A stretch of 64,000 nucleotides of DNA from Candidatus Poribacteria bacterium (GTDB taxonomy: Bacteria > Poribacteria > WGA-4E > WGA-3G): the NCBI GenBank assembly GCA_965204285.1, contig OZ241980.1:160235-224234 (forward strand), given 5' to 3'. Shown here one piece after another: positions 37,014 through 47,094 of this stretch. The translations under genes were made by a program, and so were the position numbers. Each line of letters opens with the position of its first letter. Within the stretch, counting starts at the first letter, position 1. Under the pieces are notes generated by a model. The model was not told the DNA's origin, searched no databases, and was given only the letters and a program-made list of their open reading frames with translations.

Positions 37014-39883
37014 ACGCGTTCCAACTTTAGCAATTTGTTTGTTGTTTCGATCAGATCGTCTGCTCCAACAGTGGGGTTTAAGGTTTTATAGAGCCTAATC
37101 CGCAACTCTATTTTTTGATGTGCGTCCCATTGATAGTCGGGAAATTTCTCAAATTCTTTATCAATAGCTTGTGCTTGTCCTGGCGTGAAATTTTCTATAA
37201 CGTTTTTGAGTTCTCTATAAATCGCAAAGGAGTTATTATCCAAATTCACCTCATTACGTTCTCTGGCAGCACTTGAATATTCCTCAGCTAACTTCCTGAA
37301 CTCAGCTAAAATTTCTTCCGTTTTTGACTGACGATCTTCATAAGCCTCTATAGCTGCTTCTGCGCGTTCACCAATAGATCTTAAAAACGGTTGGGCTGTG
37401 CCTTCATCTACTACGGTCTGACGTAGTACTTTCCGTAAATTCAGCACCTTAACCGTATCAGATGAATCGCTCTGCTCTATTTCCTTCAAAGTGGTTTCGT
37501 TCAACTCATAAACAGCGTTGGGTAACTCAAATAGATTGCCTTCCGTATGTGTCTTTAAGAGTTCCTGCGTTTTGGTGGTTAACTCCTTATCTACGTAAAT
37601 TTGCTCGGTATAAGCGTTACGAATTAACCCGTATAGCGATGCAAGTGCTTGATAATCCTCTATAAATTCATGTAAGAAAGCATCAGGAGAAAGAATATTA
37701 TAGAAATTTTGCACCTGTTTGAAGAACGTAAAAAATGCTTCCCGAACATCCTTGTCCTCAAAACGTTCTATTGCTCGATCTTTCGCTTTGTCGTCCGAAC
37801 CTGTAGTAAGCGGCAGATACTCCTGTGCATCTTCACACATCAACTTCGCAAAAGCCGCTTTGAGTACGTCAATGTTCTGAATTATACTCTTTACTTCGTC
37901 AGAATCGAAGGCGAGTGCTTTTTCCAATTTCTCAAAGATGCCGACAAAATCTAATACAAACCCGGCAGGTTTTACCAATCCGTCCTCATCTTCATAAGGT
38001 CGATTGACACGGGCAATTGCTTGTAACAACACATGGTCACGCATCGGTTTATCAAGGTACATGCAGTAAAGGATTGGTGCGTCAAACCCAGTCAACAATT
38101 TTTGGGTTACAATCAGGATTTTCGGTTGTTCGTTTTTGTCAATGAATTTCTTACGAATTTCTTTCTCTTGCTCTGGTGTGTGGTGGAACGATTTCATCAA
38201 CTCGGTGTCGTTATTATTGTGAGAATAGACGACCTCCGAATATTCTGGTGGTAGGTAATTATCCAGTGCCTGTTTATATAATGCACACGCCTCGCGGTCT
38301 ACACCGACCAGAAACGCCTTGAATCCCATCGGCTCAATGCGTGTTTTGAAGTCTTCGGCAATAAATTTGGCAATTCCCTCTATTCTGTCGAGGGATTTCA
38401 TCATCACTTTTAGCTCAACAGCGCGGTCAAGAATAGCGTTGAGTTCATCAGGATCACTAATGCCTTCAGTTTCTGCAAGGTTTAGGAATTCCCGATTTAG
38501 TACTTCTGGATCAACCCGCAAACCGGTTGGGGCAAGCGCGTAATGCAACCGCACAGTCGTACCATCTTCAATGGATTCTGCAATAGCATATTTATCAAGA
38601 TATCCCTGTTCATCGTCTTTGCCGAATACTTTGAAAGTCCCTTCACCTTTAGAAAGTTTATCAATTGGTGTTCCAGTAAAACCGATATATGTTGCATTGG
38701 GAAGGGCAGCCATGAGGTAATTTCCAAAGTCCCCGCCTGTCGTTCTGTGTGCTTCGTCAATCAGGACGATAACGTTTTTACCTGTGTTAAGGTTTGCGGG
38801 TTTCTTGTCAAACTTGTGAATCATGGACACGATTAAACCACGGTGATCGGATGCTAAAATTCTCTCTAAGTCCTCCTTGCTCTGTGCAACTTCAAGCGTG
38901 GTGATGCCGTAAGCGGTGATATTTCTAAAGAGTTGGCTTTCCAGTTCATTGCGGTCAACAATCATTAGCACGGTAGGCTTTTCAGACTGTTCTCCACCGC
39001 GCAGGAGTCGTGAGGCAATTGTTATCATGGTGAGAGTTTTACCGCTACCTTGCGTATGCCAAACAAGCCCGCGCGTTTTGTTCGGATCGTTGACGCGATC
39101 AATAACTTTTTCTACAGCACGCGTTTGGTGTTGACGCAGCACAACTTTGGTGAGTTGGTCGTCTCGGTCCTGGAATATGATTAACCGCTGCAGCACTTGC
39201 AGAAAACGTTCCCGGTCGAAAAAGGTTTTTACTTTCTGCTCATAGTTTTTACGTTCATCTGTTTTCCAGTTAAACAGATTTTTGCGATTGGTGTTCCACG
39301 TTACACTATAGAAAAAACCGTGTAGATGCGTGACAGCGAAAAGTTGTGCAGTGGTGAACATTTCAGGCGTTTCGCGATGGTAACGACGGATCTGATCAAC
39401 ACCGAGTGCCAAACCGTCCCGCTTGTTAGTATCTTTCGTCTCTACAACTGCTACCGGTATCCCGTTAATCAAGAATACAACATCGGCGCGGTTGGTGTGG
39501 ACAACACCTTTCTGTTCCCATTCATCAGTAACATGAAACAAGTTATTGTCGGGGTTCTCAAAATCTATCAGGGTAACGTTGCGTTGGCGGTTTTCACTGT
39601 GAACAAAAGTTGACTCTTTACCGCGCATCCAAGATAGTGCTGTCTGGTTATCTTCAAGTGTTGATTTGAGCAAACCGAGCTTCCGCATAACGTCCGCACA
39701 ATTGGATTCGTCTACGACTCCTTTGTTGAGTTTCAAGAGTTGCGCTTGCAGGACATCAGTAAAATAGCGCGCGGCGGTATCACCACCACGCATGCGCATG
39801 GCATCTGATGGCGAAATTCGCTGCCACCCGATTTCATTGGCGTATTCGAGCATTGGCTCTTGGACTGCGGAACGTTCAGACAT
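37010..39883 (-). CDS. hsdR: Type I restriction enzyme R subunit
   Basis: N-terminal PD-(D/E)xK nuclease region (ADVVFLINGIPVAVVETK). SF2 helicase motifs are present (HTQGSGKTLTM, VLIDEAHR, FTGTP, LIVTQKLLTGFDAP). Length is 957 aa. Confidence 0.92.
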   Translation of the reverse strand: MSERSAVQEPMLEYANEIGWQRISPSDAMRMRGGDTAARYFTDVLQAQLLKLNKGVVDESNCADVMRKLGLLKSTLEDNQTALSWMRGKESTFVHSENRQRNVTLIDFENPDNNLFHVTDEWEQKGVVHTNRADVVFLINGIPVAVVETKDTNKRDGLALGVDQIRRYHRETPEMFTTAQLFAVTHLHGFFYSVTWNTNRKNLFNWKTDERKNYEQKVKTFFDRERFLQVLQRLIIFQDRDDQLTKVVLRQHQTRAVEKVIDRVNDPNKTRGLVWHTQGSGKTLTMITIASRLLRGGEQSEKPTVLMIVDRNELESQLFRNITAYGITTLEVAQSKEDLERILASDHRGLIVSMIHKFDKKPANLNTGKNVIVLIDEAHRTTGGDFGNYLMAALPNATYIGFTGTPIDKLSKGEGTFKVFGKDDEQGYLDKYAIAESIEDGTTVRLHYALAPTGLRVDPEVLNREFLNLAETEGISDPDELNAILDRAVELKVMMKSLDRIEGIAKFIAEDFKTRIEPMGFKAFLVGVDREACALYKQALDNYLPPEYSEVVYSHNNNDTELMKSFHHTPEQEKEIRKKFIDKNEQPKILIVTQKLLTGFDAPILYCMYLDKPMRDHVLLQAIARVNRPYEDEDGLVKPAGFVLDFVGIFEKLEKALAFDSDEVKSIIQNIDVLKAAFAKLMCEDAQEYLPLTTGSDDKAKDRAIERFEDKDVREAFFTFFKQVQNFYNILSPDAFLHEFIEDYQALASLYGLIRNAYTEQIYVDKELTTKTQELLKTHTEGNLFELPNAVYELNETTLKEIEQSDSSDTVKVLNLRKVLRQTVVDEGTAQPFLRSIGERAEAAIEAYEDRQSKTEEILAEFRKLAEEYSSAARERNEVNLDNNSFAIYRELKNVIENFTPGQAQAIDKEFEKFPDYQWDAHQKIELRIRLYKTLNPTVGADDLIETTNKLLKLERV

Positions 39884-39903
39884 GACTGTATTAAGTTGAA
39901 GTA

Positions 39904-41298
39904 TTATCTCTTACTGAGACTAAGCAATCGGAACTTAGTTTTGGTTTCATCTTTGGTTTCACCTATTTCAACAAATCCTTGTATTTCTGCAATATATGGC
40001 TTACTTACTGAAGCGGTCTTTACGATTTCAGTCTCATAGGCTTCCTCTATGATTTTTCCTTTAAAAAAGTCTTTTTCATACAAATTATCATCAGACGTTT
40101 CTATCTCAAATGATTTGGATCTGAGAGAGATACCAACTAATGTGCCCTGGATTCTGATTGTTTCTAATGTTTCTTCTTGAATTTTCTCAAGAATATCAAT
40201 AGCCTTTTTCATTTGCGATTGTGAAAGTTGGGCTGTTCCACCACGGTCTGGATGTGGTGATGTCCAAGTGAATTTGGTATCTATTACGGATTCACTAAGT
40301 GGTTTGAGAAACTCAGTGTAATCCTTTGCAACCCTTGGTCCAAATTCCTCCATGAGTGGTTTCAGTTGGTCTTGGTTACATCCAGAATTAAGGATTCTCA
40401 GAAATTCATTTATTGCATTTCCAAGATCAGAATCCAATAAACTGCCATATTCTGTTGATGCAAGTTGAATTTCAAATGAACCTGCACCGACTTCCAACAT
40501 TGAGATACCAAAGGGGTTTCGGATGTCTTCAAGTATCTTCTTATATGTTGAATTAACACATTTCGCACCGATTCTGTTAATTACTTTATGTAATCCGGTT
40601 AGAAAATTTCCTAATGAGTCGATCGGTGCTTCTGTTCTGGAAACTCCGGCATAGTTGAGAGCACATTTAAGAAGGTCACGAGCAATAGACGATGCTATTT
40701 CTTGTGGACTGCGGAGTGGTGGAAGTGTCTCGGTTTTTAGCCCAAGACGTTCACCATGCAGCGGGAGCATTTCCTCGGCGATTTGATTGGGCTGAATGAC
40801 TTCTAAAGATGGTTTTGTATGATCGACGTGTGGAATTCTTACCTGGAACAGTACGCCATTTTCAGCATCGGTGAACGCATTACGAAGGTCTATTCCACCA
40901 GATCGGATGTAATTTAAACGATCTTTAGAGATTCCAACACGAAGCCATGTTTTATCTTCATCGTTTTCACCAACGGTAACAAGGTAAAGATGACCTGCAG
41001 AGTCTTTACATGAAAAGAGAGCAGGATAGTCGTTATGTACATAGTTTTCGACGACTTTGTGTATGCCAAGATATGGAATATCGTATTGAATAGAGAGGTT
41101 TAAAGACGGTTGCGGAACATCGTCACCGTCTTCTTGTAATCCTTCAATATGAAATTCGATAGCTTCATCAATTAACGTTTGGACTTCTTCCAGTGTCTCA
41201 CCTACAGCTATGCATCCAGGGAGATCCGGCACATAAGCACCATAACTGCTATCGCCTTTCTCATAAATTACAACATAATCCATTCGTTTATCCCTCAT
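39904..41298 (-). CDS. HicB-like N-terminal domain fused to an uncharacterised domain of about 390 aa
   Basis: Residues 6-65 (MDYVVIYEKGDSSYGAYVPDLPGCIAVGETLEEVQTLIDEAIEFHIEGLQEDGDDVPQPS) match the HicB/UPF0150 fold signature. I recognise no motif in the remainder. The ATGA overlap with the hicA stop suggests coupling. The ORF ends 20 nt before hsdR. Confidence 0.75.
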   Translation of the reverse strand: MRDKRMDYVVIYEKGDSSYGAYVPDLPGCIAVGETLEEVQTLIDEAIEFHIEGLQEDGDDVPQPSLNLSIQYDIPYLGIHKVVENYVHNDYPALFSCKDSAGHLYLVTVGENDEDKTWLRVGISKDRLNYIRSGGIDLRNAFTDAENGVLFQVRIPHVDHTKPSLEVIQPNQIAEEMLPLHGERLGLKTETLPPLRSPQEIASSIARDLLKCALNYAGVSRTEAPIDSLGNFLTGLHKVINRIGAKCVNSTYKKILEDIRNPFGISMLEVGAGSFEIQLASTEYGSLLDSDLGNAINEFLRILNSGCNQDQLKPLMEEFGPRVAKDYTEFLKPLSESVIDTKFTWTSPHPDRGGTAQLSQSQMKKAIDILEKIQEETLETIRIQGTLVGISLRSKSFEIETSDDNLYEKDFFKGKIIEEAYETEIVKTASVSKPYIAEIQGFVEIGETKDETKTKFRLLSLSKR

Positions 41299-41483
41299 TG
41301 CTCAATATCTGCTTGTTTCAGAACGCTTTTGAGCGTACCTGTCGGGACATCTTTGCCCATTTTACCTGAAACTGTCACTTTCCCTTTTTTTGTTGGATGT
41401 TTAAAATAGCGATGACTGCCTCGTGACTTTGTATAATACCACCCATCATTTTCAATCAGTTTTATCAGTTCTCTAACCTTCAT
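41295..41483 (-). CDS. hicA: HicA-family toxin (mRNA interferase)
   Basis: MKVRELIKLIENDGWYYTKSRGSHRYFKHPTKKGKVTVSGKMGKDVPTGTLKSVLKQA is a typical HicA/YcfA sequence (GSH..F.HP...V.V..H...). Length is 62 aa. Confidence 0.88.
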   Translation of the reverse strand: MKVRELIKLIENDGWYYTKSRGSHRYFKHPTKKGKVTVSGKMGKDVPTGTLKSVLKQADIEQ

Positions 41484-41654
41484 AATCCAGTCTTCCTACA
41501 TGCTGCGGGAAAAAGCACGTAACATTCTCTAAAATATGTTATCAAGTTATTATGATTTGTCTCGTTTTGTGTTTCTCCGCACCAGCAGCAATAAGGTTAG
41601 TAGCAAGGACGCAGGGCACTGTCAGATTGCTTACCACCAAAACTGGATGTGTAT

Positions 41655-41684
41655 AGTATAGCATATTAGTAAAAAAGTTATCAA
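41655..41684 (-). promoter_or_regulatory. Candidate promoter for the hicA-hicB fusion-hsdR-DUF45 unit
   Basis: The minus strand reads TTGATA (41679-41684), an 18-nt spacer, then TATACT (41655-41660). The GTTATCAAGTT box recurs at 41541-41551. Confidence 0.4.
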
Positions 41685-41720
41685 GTTGTTAGTTGTCACT
41701 TAAACAAAATTCAGAATTTC

Positions 41721-42950
41721 TCATACGTTCATCTCAGCATCAATCAACGGCACGGCAGACCGCTGCCCTGTCATCAGTTCTTCAAGCATGGCGTGGAATA
41801 GTTCATCAATATGTTCAACTTCTTTTTCAAGGGCAGCAGTTTTTTCGTCAATTGTTCTAAAAATGTTGGCAATGGCACGTTGTTCGGGAAGTGGTGGAAG
41901 GGGTAAAACAAGATTGGTAAGTATAGGAATATTTACACCTCCCTTGAGTCTACCCCCTTTACTTTGTTCTATTTGTCGCCAATAGTTATTTGAACGAAAG
42001 TATTGCGCCAAAAAAACTGGTGACAGGTTGTCCTTCGTTTGCACACGAATTAGATATGACGCAAAAATTGCTTCTGGGCAATCGTCAATAATGTAAGCCT
42101 TTCCAGTCGTTGCACCAATTCGCGCAATTACTATATCACCAGTTTTTAACAAATACTTCTCCTTAGTTTTTTCACCACAAACGCAATAAGGAACCTTTTG
42201 CCAATTTACCGTATCATTTTGAATATCCGTAATTCTCAAAAATTTAGGACCTACAGCAGAATCATTGGCACTTTCAGTGTAACCGTAACCTGGTTTATAA
42301 CAGTAGTCGCCTAATCTCACAACTTCCCAACTTTCAGGCATCTCGCCGATTTCGGTTTGCTTGCGGGGTTCGCCTTTTGTGCCGTGTGAAAAGAGGTAAT
42401 CCATCAATGCTGCTTTGCGTTCACGCTCTAATACGATTTCGCGTTGTCGGGTGAATTTTGCTTCTTGGATTGTTTGTAAAGTGTGGGCGATGGCGCGTTG
42501 TTCGGGTAGCGGGGGAAGTGCTAAGGGCACCTGTTTCATCCTGCCCTGGTTCAGTTTTCCGCGAGTTGTTCCACTGATGAATGGTTTAATATTAAGATAA
42601 TTTAGTTGACACGTCAAAAAATAATTATGCGATAAGCCTTGTTTAGCCTGTAAAACATGGGCATGATTATTTACCCAAAATTTTCCACTCATCAAATAAG
42701 CTGAGTCTTCAAAAGAACCCCAGTACCCACCATCTTCAGCTAATAAAACATATTCACCATCAAATAGATAATTATTCACATGATCTACTACTCCATTTGC
42801 TCCGCAGTAAGGATATTCTCCTTGCATCTGTTGCCTTTGCGCCCCATTGATTGGGATTCTCTTTTTATTAAAGACATTTACTGCTTTTTCAAGTGGCATC
42901 ACTTTCCAATGTTCTGGGAAATTTATAACGTTCATTGCGTCCCTTTCCAT
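41721..42950 (-). CDS. hsdS: Type I restriction-modification specificity subunit
   Basis: Two target-recognition domains are separated by conserved helices, and LPPLPEQRAIA occurs twice. Length is 409 aa. An alternative start lies at 42935. Confidence 0.9.
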   Translation of the reverse strand: MERDAMNVINFPEHWKVMPLEKAVNVFNKKRIPINGAQRQQMQGEYPYCGANGVVDHVNNYLFDGEYVLLAEDGGYWGSFEDSAYLMSGKFWVNNHAHVLQAKQGLSHNYFLTCQLNYLNIKPFISGTTRGKLNQGRMKQVPLALPPLPEQRAIAHTLQTIQEAKFTRQREIVLERERKAALMDYLFSHGTKGEPRKQTEIGEMPESWEVVRLGDYCYKPGYGYTESANDSAVGPKFLRITDIQNDTVNWQKVPYCVCGEKTKEKYLLKTGDIVIARIGATTGKAYIIDDCPEAIFASYLIRVQTKDNLSPVFLAQYFRSNNYWRQIEQSKGGRLKGGVNIPILTNLVLPLPPLPEQRAIANIFRTIDEKTAALEKEVEHIDELFHAMLEELMTGQRSAVPLIDAEMNV

Positions 42951-42984
42951 TCAATCTAAGCGGACGGCACACGGCGTGTGCCTG

Positions 42985-44622
42985 CTACTTTGCATTCAAT
43001 CCAAGCTGCATCAAAACATCTTCCAATGCGTTATCCGCTTTTTCTCGGGCGATACTCGCTTCTGTTAAGTCTGCTAATATTTCATTCACTGCGCGGTGTA
43101 CAACTGCGTCACCGACATCTACAAACTGTGAAGGATTTAGATTGTAATCGGTTTTTTGTGCATCTTCAAGTGTGATAACGTTACTGAATTTCTCACGCGA
43201 TTCCCATGCTTCATATACTTCTGTTGCTGCTGTGATTCCTTCATCTGTTAGAACGTTTTTCGGTTTTCTTTTCTCAAAATACTGTGAGAGATTGATAAGT
43301 AGGAACTTTGCTTTGCGTTCCGCGGGTTTGTTGCGGTTTAGCAGCAATATAATGCCCGGTGCTGTTGTGTTATAAAATAGGTTTTCGGGTAGCAGGACCA
43401 CACCTTCAATTAGGTCTTTCTCAACAAACTTTTTGCGGATATCGCGTTCCCGATTGGTCTGTTTAGCACCGGAGCCTCGAGAGATTGCGCCGGTATCCAG
43501 CACAATTGCGGCGCGCCCGTTATCTTTCAGAGAGGCGAGCATGTGCTGCACCCATGCCCAATCTGCTGAGGAACTTGGTGGGATGCCGTCCGAAAATCGA
43601 TTCCAATTATCATTTTCATAAAAGTCATCGTCATATTCTTTCTGATTCCACATCGGATTTGCCAGCACATAGTCAAAACGTTGGAGTTTTGAATTGTCAG
43701 CCACGAAACGTGGATTGCGGAAGGTGTCGCCTATCTGAATATCTGCGCTGATAAAGTCGTGCAGAAAGGCGTTCATTTTTGCCATTGCGTAGGTTGTTGG
43801 CGTTAATTCCTGTCCAAATATATTTGGTGCTTGGCTTTTTTCTTGATCTGAATGCGTCTGCTCAAATTGTAATCTTCCTTTGATAAGCAAACCGCCAGAG
43901 CCACACGCAGGATCGTATATCGTGGTGTAGGGTTCAGGGTTAATAAGACGTGCCATTAACGCGCCGACCTCTTTCGGTGTGTAGAACTCACCCGCGCTCT
44001 GTCCTTGTCCTTCGGCAAACTTCCGTAACAGATATTCATAAGCACGTCCAAGGATATCTGGCTCCGCATCTTCAAGTCCAAGTTTATGTTGACTTATCAC
44101 CTCAATCAGTTTTTCGAGGCGATCATCGTCAATCAGTCGTTGTCCGCTCTGGCGTTCATTGAAATCTTCTACATCCAGTACACCTTGTAACCGAGGGTTA
44201 GCACGCGCAACCTCACGCATTGCATCGGTAACAAACTGTCCTAAGTTGCCGTCAGCGGGGTGGTTACGAAGTGCCTCCCAGCTATATTGCTGCGGAATAT
44301 AAAAACGCACAATCGGGTCGTCACGATCCTTTTCAAGTGCGTCCGCATGGTCTGCTTCAGTAATCTTTCTGGCAATTTCCTCATTTCCGAATTCTTCAAC
44401 GTGTTTTGCAAATTCGTCATCAAACACATCGGAGAGGCGTTTATAGAAGATTAGGGGTAAGATAAAATCCTTGAATTTTGGTGCGTCGGTTGCGCCGCGT
44501 ATTGCACAAGCAGCAGCCCATAGCCATGTTTCAAGTTTGGGTAAATCTAATTGTTCTTCGTTCTCGGCGAGAAGGGGAAGCGTGGTTTGGTCTGTATCTG
44601 TTGGGGACTTCTGTTTTGGCAA
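42985..44622 (-). CDS. hsdM: Type I restriction-modification N6-adenine DNA methyltransferase subunit
   Basis: HsdM N-terminal domain (LWAAACAIRG, FILPLIFYKRLSD). AdoMet motif I is IYDPACGSGGLL. Motif IV reads LANPMWN rather than the usual NPP(F/Y/W). Confidence 0.92.
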   Translation of the reverse strand: MPKQKSPTDTDQTTLPLLAENEEQLDLPKLETWLWAAACAIRGATDAPKFKDFILPLIFYKRLSDVFDDEFAKHVEEFGNEEIARKITEADHADALEKDRDDPIVRFYIPQQYSWEALRNHPADGNLGQFVTDAMREVARANPRLQGVLDVEDFNERQSGQRLIDDDRLEKLIEVISQHKLGLEDAEPDILGRAYEYLLRKFAEGQGQSAGEFYTPKEVGALMARLINPEPYTTIYDPACGSGGLLIKGRLQFEQTHSDQEKSQAPNIFGQELTPTTYAMAKMNAFLHDFISADIQIGDTFRNPRFVADNSKLQRFDYVLANPMWNQKEYDDDFYENDNWNRFSDGIPPSSSADWAWVQHMLASLKDNGRAAIVLDTGAISRGSGAKQTNRERDIRKKFVEKDLIEGVVLLPENLFYNTTAPGIILLLNRNKPAERKAKFLLINLSQYFEKRKPKNVLTDEGITAATEVYEAWESREKFSNVITLEDAQKTDYNLNPSQFVDVGDAVVHRAVNEILADLTEASIAREKADNALEDVLMQLGLNAK

Positions 44623-44948
44623 TGGAGACGCTCCTTTGATTTTACTATAGGTGAATTATAACATCTTTTTCCTAATAGAGCAATTGCATTTAAAAGCTGG
44701 GTGTTGTCTGAACAACGGGATACAATTACACCTCTTATAGTTAGTGTTCAAATTATAGACAATAATGTTCATATTATAACTATATTTCCCGATATTGCGG
44801 ACATAAATCGCTGTGATTCTATGCTCAACCGTTTACTGCAATTGGCATCGTATTTGCTACTATTTATTTTAGGATAATCAGTAACGAAATCGCTATCCAT
44901 TTATTCCCACAAATACCTTGAAATTTACATTGAAAAATGCTAAAATCT

Positions 44949-45964
44949 AACGTGAGTTTGATAAATAGTATTAGAAATTACATATCATTGGCAACTGATA
45001 GTCATTTTCTTTAAGTTCTTTATGTTTAAGTGAAGGTTTTTTCTGTAGACAGGTATAAGCGATCAAGGCAGCAACTGCATTCACTTGAAAGTTAACAGGA
45101 CTTCTATGGCGTGTGTGTTGTATCTCTGTCTGACTTTTAAGTTCTTTATTCACCGACTCAATAAGCATGCGTTTTTTTAGAAGTGCTGCATCAGCATCAG
45201 ACAAAGGTTCAGGTTTCATATTCTTACGCACCTTGTAAATGAGCGTCACACCGTCTTCTTGGAGTCTCTCCCGCAGATTTTTGTTGATATACCCTTTATC
45301 GGCAAATAGTTTGCCAAAGAGCCCTTGACACAACTGTGGCACGGTTCGCCTGTCATCTACGTTTCCCGCTGTCACCATAGCGGACAAGAGTTCACCTTGG
45401 TCGTTGATGACGAGATGTAGTTTAAACCCATAGAACCATCCCATAGAGGTTTTAGAACGCTCCGCATAATCAATGAAGACGCGATGCGCTGAAATCCGGC
45501 GATTGTGGCAGACCGGCAGCGGTGTTGAGTCTATGAAGGAAATGCCACGACACTTACCGAAACGGGTGTTGAGAAAAATAGACAACAAAACCAATACCTC
45601 TTGTGAGAGCTGCACAAAACGACTATAGCTGACAAGGTTCGGAAACGCCCAACGCAGATGGAAACAGACATAATCCTGATAATACGCTTTAAAGTTTTTA
45701 TACTGCTTCTGATGAAAAAGCACAAGTATCGTCATGACTTCGCTCGGATGAAGGCGCCGGGGTCTGCCCCGTGTGTTGTTTGTTCCGGGTATGTCCGGCA
45801 ACTGGTATTGTGCTTGATATTGTTCATACGTAAGAAAAAAGTCGTCAATTTCACAGAAAAGTGTTATGATATCCATCAGAGAACTCCTTTGTAAGTATAA
45901 TGGTATACTTCATCATAACAAAGGGGTTCTCTATTTACCAGTTTTTAATTATCAAACTCACGTT
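44949..45964 (-). mobile_element. IS982-family insertion sequence (1,016 bp)
   Basis: 16-bp perfect terminal inverted repeats: AACGTGAGTTTGATAA (44949-44964) and TTATCAAACTCACGTT (45949-45964). They are flanked by a 7-bp direct repeat AAAATCT (44942-44948 and 45965-45971). Confidence 0.85.
44971..45876 (-). CDS. IS982-family DDE transposase
   Basis: MDIITLFCEIDDFF...SEVMTILVLFHQKQYKNFKAYY...FIDSTPLPVCHNRR...GFKLHLVINDQGEL...ADKGYI is the typical IS982 pattern. Length is 301 aa. Confidence 0.88.
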   Translation of the reverse strand: MDIITLFCEIDDFFLTYEQYQAQYQLPDIPGTNNTRGRPRRLHPSEVMTILVLFHQKQYKNFKAYYQDYVCFHLRWAFPNLVSYSRFVQLSQEVLVLLSIFLNTRFGKCRGISFIDSTPLPVCHNRRISAHRVFIDYAERSKTSMGWFYGFKLHLVINDQGELLSAMVTAGNVDDRRTVPQLCQGLFGKLFADKGYINKNLRERLQEDGVTLIYKVRKNMKPEPLSDADAALLKKRMLIESVNKELKSQTEIQHTRHRSPVNFQVNAVAALIAYTCLQKKPSLKHKELKENDYQLPMICNF

Positions 45965-46034
45965 AAAATCTACAGTAAAAGTTCTAATATGTATTAGTTT
46001 TGTCAAACCTATATAAAGGGAAGAGGATATACAA

Positions 46035-46997
46035 GTGAAGAAAAAAATGATATGGGTAGCGATGCTATTTTTGATGTGTGTTGCTACCGGCCACGGAGAA
46101 TACAATGGTGAAGTTTGGGTTGTTAGTGGTGGAGATACCGTTTATAAATTACATGCAAATGGTGCAGCAGATCCTTCCGCTATTGAAGGTTTAACAAATG
46201 CAAGCACTGTGCAAGTCAATCCTGTTACGGGGATTGTTTGGATTGCAGTTCCTGCAAATAATGTTGTTTTCAGATACGATCCCGCTACAGGAAATTTTGA
46301 TCAAACGCCGTCAATTAAAGCACCTACGGGTATTTCTGTTAACCCTGCTGATGGCACAGTTTGGATCGCTGGACTTGATGGTGTCCGAAAAATCTCTGCT
46401 GATGGAAAAAATATTCTCGCCCAAGTGATTCCACCCGATGGACCTGCGAATTTAGACAGCGGAAGGTTCAACGTGGCTGTTAATCCAAAGGATGGTAGCT
46501 GCTGGATAACGGATGGAAAGGGTCCAATTGCACGTTATGATGCAAATGGGAATCTGCTTGCAAATGCACCGCCGCTGAACGAACCGAAAGGTGGTTTGTC
46601 AGTAGACTACCAAGGCAATGTCTGGATAGCAGATACGCAAGGGGACGTCGTTGTCCGTTACTCTCCTAATGGCGAAGAATTGGTAAAGATAACCGATGTT
46701 CCTAATCCTGTTTCACCGAGTGTTAATCCAAAAGATGGAAGTGTGTGGCTTGCAGGAAATAACACTACACTGATCAAGTTATCACCGACTGGCACAAAAC
46801 TTAAAGAATTTGAGGTTGGTGGAGCTATTGTCGCTGTAACCTATTCACCTGCAGATGACGGAATCTGGATTGCTGATATGCTTGGTGCAACATTCACGGG
46901 TCAAGTCAGCAAATGGACAGCGAATGGACAGATGCGTTTTGGAAATGCCATCCCGCAGCCCTCCACTGTTTCAATCGGATTTTGGGAAGGAAATTGA
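46035..46997 (+). CDS. Secreted six-bladed beta-propeller protein (NHL/Vgb-lyase-like repeats)
   Basis: Signal peptide. Six repeats of the G-x-(V/I)W(I/L)A-x(6-8)-(V/I)-x-(R/K)(Y/I)-x(2)-(T/N)G type are present (GIVWIAVPANNVVFRYDPATG, GNVWIADTQGDVVVRYSPNGE, and others). GTG start; an alternative ATG lies at 46047. Confidence 0.7.
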   Translation: MKKKMIWVAMLFLMCVATGHGEYNGEVWVVSGGDTVYKLHANGAADPSAIEGLTNASTVQVNPVTGIVWIAVPANNVVFRYDPATGNFDQTPSIKAPTGISVNPADGTVWIAGLDGVRKISADGKNILAQVIPPDGPANLDSGRFNVAVNPKDGSCWITDGKGPIARYDANGNLLANAPPLNEPKGGLSVDYQGNVWIADTQGDVVVRYSPNGEELVKITDVPNPVSPSVNPKDGSVWLAGNNTTLIKLSPTGTKLKEFEVGGAIVAVTYSPADDGIWIADMLGATFTGQVSKWTANGQMRFGNAIPQPSTVSIGFWEGN

Positions 46998-47094
46998 TTC
47001 TATAAATAGAAATGATTGGGAACGAGAAGACGCTATAAATTGGGTTTACAAGTTCTCCTACACGGGTGCTTGTTGAAAATGATATGGGTGTGTT

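Noticed and set aside
39904-41298. Treating the 464-aa ORF as an ordinary HicB antitoxin
   Set aside because: Only the first ~65 residues resemble HicB. The usual short DNA-binding C-terminus is replaced by ~390 aa of unrecognised sequence, so it is reported as a fusion of unknown function.
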